Shown: positions 27,509-35,171 of the stretch, piece after piece
Layout of the letters: the number at the start of each line of letters is the position of its first letter
Position numbering within the stretch: the first letter of the stretch is position 1
Source of the DNA: Acidimicrobiaceae bacterium
Lineage (GTDB): Bacteria > Actinomycetota > Acidimicrobiia > Acidimicrobiales > Ilumatobacteraceae
Direction of reading: 5' to 3'
Length of the DNA stretch: 35,171 nt
Assembly: GCA_006515795.1 (NCBI GenBank)
Contig: VFMC01000014.1
Span: 1 to 35,171 of the forward strand
Notes under the pieces: generated by a model
Database searches by the model: none
What the model was told of the DNA's origin: nothing
Seen by the model: only the letters and a program-made list of their open reading frames with translations
Made by a program: the position numbers and the translations under genes

Positions 27509-28450
27509 TCAGTGAGAGCTGATGGCCCCGGTCGGGGCGCCGGCTTTTCCCCCATCACCGGCGCCCTCGCCGGTTCCGCCGACCCTTCCGAAGATCTCCT
27601 CCCAGAGCTCGGTGATGATGCCCTCGCTGGTGCGCGGCGAACCCTCACGAAGCCGGACTCGACCCGAGAGCGCCACGATCGCGGCGTCGAGCGACACGCT
27701 CGGATGCTCGGCCGGCAGCCCGCGCAGCTCGCTCAGCGACCGGGCGACCAACGCCGTGTCGAGCGCGCCCCGAACCGACGAACCGACACGCAGATCGTCG
27801 TGGTCGCGGGTGCGCCGCACGAGCTCGACCACCTTCGTCAGCCAGGTCGCGTCGAGCGAAGTCCCCGGGGTGCCGGCCACCCCCCGATCGACGATCGACA
27901 CCTCGTCGCCGGCGCTCTGATAGGTCATCGACAGCCGGCACATGCGGTCGTAGATCGCGCTGCTGATTCGTGCCGTGCCGACGGCATCGAACGGGTTCAT
28001 CGCCGCCACGAGCCGGAACCCTTGGGCGCAGGCGATGCGACCGAAGCGAGGAACGTGCAGCTCCCGTTCGCTCATCACGGTGATCAGCACGTTGAGCGTC
28101 TCTTCCGGGATGCGGTTGATCTCCTCGACGTACAGCAGTGCACCAGAGGTCATCGCCGTGACGAGTGGACCATCGACGAACACATCCGGCGCGTAGCCAT
28201 CGGTGAGCACGCGCGCCGGATCGAAGTGCCCTACCAGGCGGGCCGGGGTGAGCTCGGCGTTGCCCTCGACGAACTCGAACCCGATGCCGAGCTCGTGGGC
28301 GACGGCGCGCAACAACGTGCTCTTGCCGGTGCCGGGCGGGCCTTCGAGCACGATGTGCCTGTCGGCGGCCAGCGCGGCCACCACCAGTTCGAGCTCGCGA
28401 CGTCGCCCGACGACCTGGCCGAGCAGACGGTCGATCAACTCAGCGGCCAT
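27509..28450 (-). CDS. MoxR-family AAA+ ATPase
   Basis: Lower part of ORF 27509..29314, starting at the ATG at 28450 (MAAELIDRLLGQVVGRRRELE). Walker A is LEGPPGTGKST and Walker B is ALLYVEEINR. AAMNP is present. 313 aa. Confidence 0.85.
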   Translation of the reverse strand: MAAELIDRLLGQVVGRRRELELVVAALAADRHIVLEGPPGTGKSTLLRAVAHELGIGFEFVEGNAELTPARLVGHFDPARVLTDGYAPDVFVDGPLVTAMTSGALLYVEEINRIPEETLNVLITVMSERELHVPRFGRIACAQGFRLVAAMNPFDAVGTARISSAIYDRMCRLSMTYQSAGDEVSIVDRGVAGTPGTSLDATWLTKVVELVRRTRDHDDLRVGSSVRGALDTALVARSLSELRGLPAEHPSVSLDAAIVALSGRVRLREGSPRTSEGIITELWEEIFGRVGGTGEGAGDGGKAGAPTGAISSH

Positions 28451-28470
28451 CGCGGCGTGCTCGGATTCGC

Positions 28471-29583
28471 TCAGTCGTACTTCAGGACGCCGCGGATGTT
28501 CGTGCCGGCACGCATCGCGTCGTAGCCCTCGTTGACGCCGTCGAGTGGATATTCGTTGGTGACCAGGCCGTCGAGGTCGAGCTGGCCCTCGCGGTACAAC
28601 CCGATGAGCTTGGGGATGTCGGCACGCGGGTTGCCGGACCCGAACAGCGAACCGACGAGCTGCTTCTCCATCAGGGTGAGGTCGAGCAGGCTCATCGACG
28701 CGGAGAACTCGAGGGCCGGATGGATGTTGGTGACGACCACGCGGCCGCGCTTCGCGGCCAACGCCATCGCCTGCCCGATCAATTCGCCCGAGCCGACACC
28801 CATGGTCATGATGACCTTGTTGGCCATCGTGCCCCACGTGAGCTCCTGGATGCCGGGCATCGCCTCTTCCATCGAGGCGAAGGTGTGCGTGGCGCCGAAC
28901 TCCATCGCCTTCTCGCGCTTGAACTCGACGGGGTCGATGGCGATGATCCGCTTGGCACCCGCCAACTTCGCTCCCTGGATCGCGTTTGCGCCGATGCCGC
29001 CTACGCCAACGACGGCAACCGTGTCGCCCGGCTTCACTTCGGCGGCGTACACGCTCGAACCCCAACCGGTCACGACGCCACATCCCAGCAGGCAGGCCCG
29101 ATCGAGCGGGACGTCGTTGTCGATCTTGATGCAGCTCGCCTCGTTCACGACCGTGTGGTGGGCGAAGGTGCCGAGGATGCACATCAGGCCGAGGTCCTTG
29201 TCGCGGGCATGGTGCCGGCTGGTGCCATCGGTGATCTGCTTGCCGATGCCCATCAGCGCTCCGAGGTCGCACAGGTTCTGGTGCCCGGTGGAGCAGCTTG
29301 GGCACCGACCGCACGAGGGGATGAACCCGAACACCACGTGATCGCCGGCGGCGAGCCAGCTCACCCCTTCACCGACCTCTTGCACCACGCCGGCGCCTTC
29401 GTGGCCGCCGATGATCGGCAGCTCGAAGGGCAGGTCGCCGGTGACGAGGTGCTCGTCGCTGTGGCACATCCCGCTGGCGGCGAGCTTGACCAGCACCTCG
29501 CCGGGGCCGGGGGGATCGAGGTCGATCTCCTCGACGCTCCACGGCGTGTTGGTCTCCCACAAGATTGCAGCTCTGGTCTTCAC
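28471..29583 (-). CDS. Zn-dependent alcohol dehydrogenase of the nicotinoprotein / NDMA-dependent (Rxyl_3153-like, mycofactocin-associated) type
   Basis: 370 aa with a GTG start preceded by GGGGG. The catalytic Zn ligands are in MCHSDEH and GGHEGAG. The structural Zn motif is CGRCPSCSTGHQNLC. The NAD motif is VGVGGIGANA. The overall sequence (MKTRAAILWETNTPWSVEEIDLDPP...NIRGVLKYD) matches my recollection of that family. Confidence 0.8.
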   Translation of the reverse strand: MKTRAAILWETNTPWSVEEIDLDPPGPGEVLVKLAASGMCHSDEHLVTGDLPFELPIIGGHEGAGVVQEVGEGVSWLAAGDHVVFGFIPSCGRCPSCSTGHQNLCDLGALMGIGKQITDGTSRHHARDKDLGLMCILGTFAHHTVVNEASCIKIDNDVPLDRACLLGCGVVTGWGSSVYAAEVKPGDTVAVVGVGGIGANAIQGAKLAGAKRIIAIDPVEFKREKAMEFGATHTFASMEEAMPGIQELTWGTMANKVIMTMGVGSGELIGQAMALAAKRGRVVVTNIHPALEFSASMSLLDLTLMEKQLVGSLFGSGNPRADIPKLIGLYREGQLDLDGLVTNEYPLDGVNEGYDAMRAGTNIRGVLKYD

Positions 29584-29644
29584 GTGTGACCCCCGGATCG
29601 TCGACGTCGAACTGATCGGACGTTAGCGGTGGTCGCCCTCCGCG

Positions 29645-31520
29645 TCACACTCGGGGTGCGTCGAGCTCGGCGGGTAGCTCGGCGTCGCCGACGAGGTGCA
29701 GGGTCTGCACGGCGCGGGTCATGGCGACGTAGAGCAGTCGGGCGCCGCGTTCGGTGCCGGCGAGGATCTGATGGGGGTTCACCACCACCACGCCATCGAA
29801 CTCGAGGCCCTTCACGGCCTCGGCCGGTGTTGTGATGGCGATGCCGGACGACCAGCACCTCAGCGGCCACGGCCGCGGCGAGCGCCGTGGGCTCGACACG
29901 GGTGAAGCTCGGTGCCGAGCCTTCGAAGCGGACGCTGGTGCTGGCGACGGTGTCGACCGCGGTGAAAGGCAGCAACCGGTTGGCCACATCGAGGATCGGT
30001 CCGGGAACGCGGTAGCCGATCGTGAGGTGGGCGACCGAGCCGGCGGCACGGGTGAGGTGACCCAGCGCGACGTCCCAGTCGCGCTGGCCTGCCGGCGTGG
30101 TGGATTGGGCGAGGTCGCCGAGGACGGTCATCGAACCGCTCGGACTTCGCCGTCCGATGACCCGCAGCGCGACCGCCGAATGATCCTGTGCCTCGTCGAC
30201 GACGAGGTGACCGAACGTGAACGGCGTGCCGTTCAACAACGTGTTGGCCTCGTCGACCAACAGCTGATCGGCGACGGTCCAGCGGCGACGCCGTCCACTC
30301 GGACCGAATCCGTGCTCGGCGAGCAGATGATCGATCAGCCGCACCGGCTGCACCACGGGCCATGCCCGCTGGAGGACAGATCGGAGCACGTCCAACTTGG
30401 CAAAGGCCGCGTCGGAGCCGGTGCGCTGCAGCACTTCACGCTCGATGATCGGGCGGAGCGACTGACGCCGCCGGTTCACCGGCAGGTTGCCATCGAGTGC
30501 ACGGGCGATCCATTCAGCCATCTCGTCGACCTCGAACACCAGGGTGCGGGCGCCGAGCGGTTGATGGACGCGTTCGCTCGGTGTGGAGACGTGTCGCGTG
30601 ACGGCCGCCTCCACCGCGGCGAGCATCGCCGCCGAACCCTTGTGTTCGCGGTCGTGGTCGGAATCGACGCCGGCCAGATCGTCGAGCTTCGGGATGCACA
30701 AGTCGAGTGCCGTCTTCTGCTGAACGCTGCGCTCGCCGAGCGATGGCAGCACGTTGCCGATGTAGTCGAGGAAGACCGGGTTCGGCCCCACCACCAGCAC
30801 CCCGTCGCGCATCAGCCGGCGGCGATGCTCGAACAGCAGGTAGGCCGCACGGTGCAGGCCGACTGCGGTCTTCCCGGTGCCCGGGCCGCCCTGCACCACC
30901 AGGCACTGATCGATCGGGGCGCGGATCACGACATCCTGTTCGGCCTGGATGGTCGCCACGATCTCGCGCATCGCACCCGTTCTCGCGGCGCCGATCTCGG
31001 CCAACACCGGATCGGGCACACCGGTCGCGGCGCTCGCCGCGTCGGGATCGTCGAGCTGCTCGTCGAGGTAGGCCGTGACATCACCGTCGACCAAGGTGAA
31101 CCGCCGCCGGTGCGCCAACCCCAGCGGATCGATTCCCGTGGCGCGATAGAACGGCGCCGCGATCGGTGCCCGCCAATCGACCACCACCGGATCGTGCACG
31201 TCGTCTTCGATGTGCCGACGCCCGATGTACCACGTGTCGCCGCTACTGGAGTGGGCGCCGCCACGGGCGCCGACGGCGTGGGCGCGGTCCTCTGTGATCC
31301 GGCCGAAGAAGTCACCGGCCCCCGGTGAACGCAGATCCTCGAGCGCCTCCCCGACGGTGACCTCGACGTACTCCTTGGTGATCTCGTCGGCGGCGGCGTC
31401 GGGATCGACGCCACTGAACCGCTCGATCATCCGGTCGCGACAGGCGCGCGAGAACCCGAGTCGTTCGCGCTCGGATTCGAGCTCCGGAAACGGATCGATC
31501 GACGGATCAGGGTTCGCCAC
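29645..31520 (-). pseudogene. helD: HelD-like UvrD/Rep superfamily-1 helicase, frame broken near 29847
   Basis: ORF 29580..31520 has a GTG start and reads MANPDPSIDPFPELESERERL. Walker A is VQGGPGTGKT and DEAQD is present. After ...AAEVLVV the frame degenerates. The C-terminus continues in ORF 29645..30049 (IAITTPAEAVKGLEFDGVVVVNP...LLYVAMTRAVQTLHLVG). Confidence 0.75.
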
Positions 31521-31594
31521 AGGGGCATCGACACTACCTGTCGCCCGGCCACGTCGTGTCTGGTCCCCCCGCCTTCCACCGCTACGCTCGCGCT

Positions 31595-31732
31595 ATGGAG
31601 AACGAGACAGCCACCGCCACGGTCCGGGCACCGGGCGCCGAGCACGACGAGGCGCCCGTTGATGGCGAGCTGCTGGCAGACGAGCTGTTGATCGAGGAGA
31701 TCTCGATCGATGGCATGTGCGGCGTCTACTGA
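31595..31732 (+). CDS. mftA: Mycofactocin precursor peptide MftA
   Basis: This 45-codon ORF is not in the supplied track. It translates as MENETATATVRAPGAEHDEAPVDGELLADELLIEEISIDGMCGVY-stop. The C-terminal IDGMCGVY is the MftA signature. It is followed directly by mftB and mftC. Confidence 0.9.
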   Translation: MENETATATVRAPGAEHDEAPVDGELLADELLIEEISIDGMCGVY

Positions 31733-32006
31733 GCCGATCCGGCCGCGCGTGCTCGACCAAGCGCTCGAACTGCACCCGCTGGTCGCCTTGCGGCCTGAGC
31801 CGTTCGGCGCGCTCGCCTATCACTACGGCAATCGTCGGCTCGTGTTCCTGAGGCACCCCGACATCGTCGGCGTCGCCCGCGATCTCGGCGAGCACCCATC
31901 GTTGTCGGCCACGCTCGCGGCACATCACATCGCCCCCTCCCGGTGGCCGAGCTTCGCAAGAGCCTTCGAGTCACTCAAGTCGTCAGAGATCGTCCGTGAG
32001 CGCTGA
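31710..32006 (+). CDS. mftB: Mycofactocin biosynthesis chaperone MftB (RRE-type peptide-binding protein)
   Basis: ORF 31710..32006. The sequence LHPLVALRPEPFGALAYHYGNRRLVFLRHPDIVGV is typical of MftB. The real start is probably the in-frame GTG at 31749, 17 nt after the mftA stop, rather than the ATG at 31710 inside mftA. Confidence 0.8.
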   Translation: MACAASTEPIRPRVLDQALELHPLVALRPEPFGALAYHYGNRRLVFLRHPDIVGVARDLGEHPSLSATLAAHHIAPSRWPSFARAFESLKSSEIVRER

Positions 32007-32009
32007 ACC

Positions 32010-33150
32010 ATGAGTGCCGCTTCGCTCGTTGCCCAGATGAAGGCTGGGCTCGAAGCGCCGATCTGCCTCACATGGGAACTCACCTACGCCTGCAACCTGC
32101 AGTGCGTGCACTGCCTCAGCTCCAGCGGGCAGCGCGACGAACGCGAGCTCACCACCGTCGAGGCCAAACGAGTGATCGACGAACTCCACGATCTGCAGGT
32201 CTTCTACGTCAACATCGGCGGCGGCGAGCCGATGGTGCGCCGCGACTTCTTCGAGCTCGTCGAGTACTCGATCGGCCGCAACATCGGTGTGAAGTTCTCC
32301 ACCAACGGAGCGTTCATCGATGCCGAGAAGGCCCGCCGGTTCGCGGCAATGGAGTACCTCGACATCCAGATCAGCCTCGACGGCATCGACGCCGCGACCA
32401 ACGATGCCGTCCGCGGCAACGGCTCGTACGACATGGCGAGACGGGCGATGGAGCACCTCGCCGGGGCACAGTTCGGCCCGTTCAAGATCAGCGTGGTCGT
32501 CACAGCTCGACGGCTTCAAGGCACTGGCCCACTCCTACGGCGCGCAGCTCCGGATCACCCGCCTGCGACCGAGCGGTCGCGGCGCCGACACGTGGCACGA
32601 CCTGCACCCCACCAACCGCCAGCAGCGGCAGATCTACGATTGGCTGCTCGCCGCACGCGAGGCCGTGCTCACCGGCGATTCGTTCTTCCACCTCAACGCA
32701 CTCGGCGATCCTCTCCCCGGACTGAACATGTGCGGCGCCGGGCGCGTGGTGTGCCTGATCGATCCGATCGGCGATGTCTACGCCTGCCCGTTCGTGATCC
32801 ACGACGAGTTCAAGGCCGGGTCGGTGCGCGACAACGGTGGCTTCACCCATGTGTGGAGGCACAGCGAACTTTTCCGCGAGCTGCGCGAGCCCCAGTCGGC
32901 GGGCGCCTGCGGCTCGTGCGGCAGCTACGACGCCTGCCAGGGTGGATGCATGGCGGCGAAGTTCTTCACCGGGCTCCCGCTCGAGGGGCCCGACCCCGAG
33001 TGCGTGGCAGGTGAAGGCCAGAACCTGCTCAGCGCCTACGCCGCGGTGGCGAGCACGACAGCGAGCCCGCGGCCGAGCATGGATCACAGCAAACCGGTCG
33101 CCATCGCTCTCGGTCGCACCCGCACGCCGGTGCCGACGGCCGGTTCCTGA
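32010..33150 (+). pseudogene. mftC: Mycofactocin radical SAM/SPASM maturase MftC, split into two frames near 32503
   Basis: The N-terminal half (ORF 32010..33014) has the CxxxCxxC cluster (YACNLQCVHC) and reads sensibly to ...FKISVVVT. The C-terminal half lies in the +1 frame (ORF 32320..33150) from QLDGFKALAHSYGAQLRITRLRPSGRGAD. It carries the SPASM cysteines CGAGRVVCLIDPIGDVYACPF and CGSCGSYDACQGGC. Confidence 0.85.
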
Positions 33151-33162
33151 CTCGACGTACTG

Positions 33163-33744
33163 TTGGCGATCCCCGCAGCGCTGATCCTCCTCCCGGCGGC
33201 CTACCTGCTCGGTACGTTTCCGAGCGCCGGCATCGTGGCGCGATCACGAGGCATCGACATCACCACTGTCGGGTCGAAGAACCCGGGCGCGTCGAACGTC
33301 GCCAGGGCCCTCGGCACCTCGTGGGGTGTGCTCGTGTTCCTGCTCGACGGCCTGAAGGGAGCGGTTCCGGCAGCAGCGGGCGTGGCACTCGACACCAGGC
33401 CGGGCGCGTACCTGCTCGTCGGCGCCGCGGTGCTCGGTCACATGTTCCCGGTCACCCGTCGGTTCAGAGGTGGAAAGGGCGTCGCCACCATGGGCGGCGC
33501 GGTCGCGGTTCTGCACCCGTTGGTGTTCGCCGCGCTCCTCGTGGTCTGGCTCGTCGTTCGCAAGCTGAGCGACAAGGCGAGCCTGGCGTCGATCGCGATC
33601 GCCATCGGCCTACCGCTCGGGATCGTGATCGAGCGTTCCCCCGGGTGGGAGGTGGTCGCCTCCGGTGCGCTGGCGCTGCTGGTGATGCTGCGCCACACCG
33701 ACAACATCCGTCGTCTCGCCTCGCGGACTGAACTTCGGGCCTGA
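33163..33744 (+). CDS. plsY: Glycerol-3-phosphate acyltransferase PlsY
   Basis: 193 aa with a TTG start. Signatures are GSKNPGASNV and RFRGGKGVAT, with multiple TM helices. Confidence 0.9.
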   Translation: MAIPAALILLPAAYLLGTFPSAGIVARSRGIDITTVGSKNPGASNVARALGTSWGVLVFLLDGLKGAVPAAAGVALDTRPGAYLLVGAAVLGHMFPVTRRFRGGKGVATMGGAVAVLHPLVFAALLVVWLVVRKLSDKASLASIAIAIGLPLGIVIERSPGWEVVASGALALLVMLRHTDNIRRLASRTELRA

Positions 33745-33782
33745 CCATGCAGGCCGACGGCCACCGGCAGTAGCGTCGGGTC

Positions 33783-34202
33783 ATGAGCGACATCAACGAC
33801 TTCAACGCGACGGTGATCGATGAGTTCCGCGCCGCCGGTGGAAAGGTGGGTGGCAAGTTCGAGGGCTTGCCGATGGTGCTCATCACTCACACCGGAGCCA
33901 AGAGCGGCGCTGTTCGCACCACACCCCTGGTGTGCAGCGTCGACAACGACCGGGTCGTGGTGGTTGCCTCGATGAGTGGTGCGCCGAGCAACCCTGCGTG
34001 GTACCACAACATGGTCGCCAACCCAGAGGTCACCGTCGAGCGCGGCACCGACCGGTACCAGGCCAGGGTCGTGGAAGCCACCGGCGACGAGCGCGCCCGC
34101 CTGTTCGCACAACAGGCCGCCACCATGCCGTTCTTCGACGACTACCAGGCGAAGACCAGCCGCACCATCCCGGTGCTCGTGCTCGAACGTCTCGACGGCT
34201 GA
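33783..34202 (+). CDS. Deazaflavin (F420)-dependent nitroreductase-family oxidoreductase (Ddn-like)
   Basis: 139 aa. The sequence INDFNATVIDEFRAAGGKVGG...LITHTGAKSGAVRTTPL...SNPAWYHNMVANPEV...FDDYQAKTSRTIPVLVLE matches the family pattern. Confidence 0.8.
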   Translation: MSDINDFNATVIDEFRAAGGKVGGKFEGLPMVLITHTGAKSGAVRTTPLVCSVDNDRVVVVASMSGAPSNPAWYHNMVANPEVTVERGTDRYQARVVEATGDERARLFAQQAATMPFFDDYQAKTSRTIPVLVLERLDG

Positions 34203-34205
34203 GCC

Positions 34206-35171
34206 ATGCGGCTCCTCGAGCCGCTGCAGATCGGCGGCCTCACCCTCGCCAACCGGGTGATGTTCGGCCCCCACGTGACCAACCTCGGCGACGACGACCG
34301 TCGTTTCACCGGTCGCCACACCGCGTACTACCGCCGCCGCGCCGCCGGCGGCACAGGACTCGTGGTCACCGAGGGCGCGAGCGTGCACGACAGCGATTGG
34401 CCCTACGAGCGGGCGCCGCTTGCCGAGCGATGCGCCGATGGATGGTCGGCGATCGCGATGGCGTGTCGCGAGCACGGCACCGCCGTCGTCGCATCGCTCG
34501 ACCATGCCGGCGGGCAGGGCTCGAGCGCCTACCACCAGGCCCCGTTGTGGGCGCCGTCGCGGGTCCCCGAGGTGAACACTCGCGAAGTTCCGAAGTGGAT
34601 GGAGCCCGACGACATCGCCGCAGTCGTCGCCGGCTTCGGGTCCGCGGCAAAGCTGGCTGTCGACGCCGGCTGCAGTGGTGTCGAGATCAACGCCGGTCAG
34701 CACAGCTTGGTGCGGCAGTTCCTCTCCGGCCTCACCAACCAGCGCGGCGACGAGTGGGGTGGCGATCGGCTGCTGTTCGCCCGCCAGGTCATCGACACCG
34801 TGCGCACTTCGCTCGGCACCGCTGGTCACCTGCGGACTCGACTACTTGGTCGTGGTGCGCGGGGCGATCTTCTCCGCCGACAAGACGCGGCCCGACTTCC
34901 ACGAGCCGACGGGCTTCAACGCCGACGTCTGTCGCGATGTCAAGGCTGCCGTCGGCCGAGTTCCCGTGTTCCTGCAGGGATCGGTGGTCCACTGGGGGCA
35001 GGCCGAGTGGGCGATCGAGAACGGTGTGTGCGACGGGGCAGAGATGACGCGCGCCCAACTCGCCGATCCCGAACTGGTCGCCAAGCTGCAACACGGCGAC
35101 GCCGATCGCATCCGACCGTGCATCCGCTGCAACCAGACCTGTCAGGTTCGCGATGCGCGGAACCCGATCGT
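34206..35171 (+). pseudogene. FadH/OYE-family NADH:flavin oxidoreductase (the kind associated with mycofactocin systems), frame broken near 34825; 3' end runs off the window
   Basis: The ATG at 34206 lies 3 nt after the upstream stop. The reading is MRLLEPLQIGGLTLANRVMFGPH...GVEINAGQHSLVRQFLSGLTNQRGDEWGG...VIDTVRTSLG. Codon bias and similarity then move to the +1 frame: GLDYLVVVRGAIFSADKTRPDFHEPTGFN...MTRAQLADPELVAKL...IRPCIRCNQTCQVRD. Neither frame is in the ORF track, because neither stops inside the window. Confidence 0.75.

Noticed and set aside
28451-29314. N-terminal extension of ORF 27509..29314
   Set aside because: It overlaps the alcohol dehydrogenase gene in another frame and translates to Arg/His/Gly-rich nonsense. 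The MoxR protein starts convincingly at the ATG at 28450.
29832-31328. 498-aa plus-strand ORF opposite helD
   Set aside because: Shadow ORF. The minus strand carries the Walker A, DEAQD and UvrD C-terminal motifs.
1-35171. tRNA, rRNA, transposase or integrase genes marking the accessory region
   Set aside because: No cloverleaf-compatible sequence with a GTTCRANNC T-loop was seen in the intergenic regions. No DDE transposase or tyrosine/serine recombinase motifs were found in any frame. Absence was judged by eye only.

Overview
Very GC-rich, actinobacterial-type chromosomal segment. GC was not computed. Codon third positions are almost all G/C, so real frames are easy to tell from the many antisense shadow ORFs. 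From left to right: (i) A large membrane-anchored protein of unknown function (runs off the left edge), an SDR/DUF2867-type oxidoreductase and a SAM methyltransferase. (ii) A roughly 3 kb, visibly less GC-rich accessory scar at about 4.7-7.6 kb. It holds two intact type II toxin-antitoxin pairs (RHH-MazF and Phd-RelE) among gene fragments: a nucleotidyltransferase stub, an internally deleted Pnkp-like RNA-repair kinase, and a reversed relaxase/helicase fragment. It also holds two copies of a ~50-nt hairpin element. (iii) A housekeeping and envelope block: acyl-CoA dehydrogenase, secreted lipoprotein hydrolase, acyltransferase-3/SGNH, cysS, valS, an L,D-transpeptidase and an LCP protein. (iv) A long minus-strand block. 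A ~4.7 kb SdrD-B/DUF11-type repeat adhesin with a C-terminal sorting-like signal is read into, without a stop codon, from a BcsA-like GT2-PilZ membrane protein whose catalytic motifs look non-canonical. Upstream of these lie a VWA protein, a MoxR AAA+ ATPase, a nicotinoprotein-type Zn alcohol dehydrogenase and a HelD-like helicase. (v) Divergent from the helicase: the mycofactocin genes mftA (45 codons, absent from the ORF track), mftB and mftC, then plsY, a deazaflavin-dependent nitroreductase-family protein and a FadH/OYE flavoenzyme (runs off the right edge). The most striking window-wide observation is that a dozen or so conserved genes are interrupted by frameshifts, short internal deletions or a tandem duplication. 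This is either real gene decay or an assembly or gap-collapse artefact. No rRNA, tRNA, CRISPR array or intact transposase/integrase was recognised.
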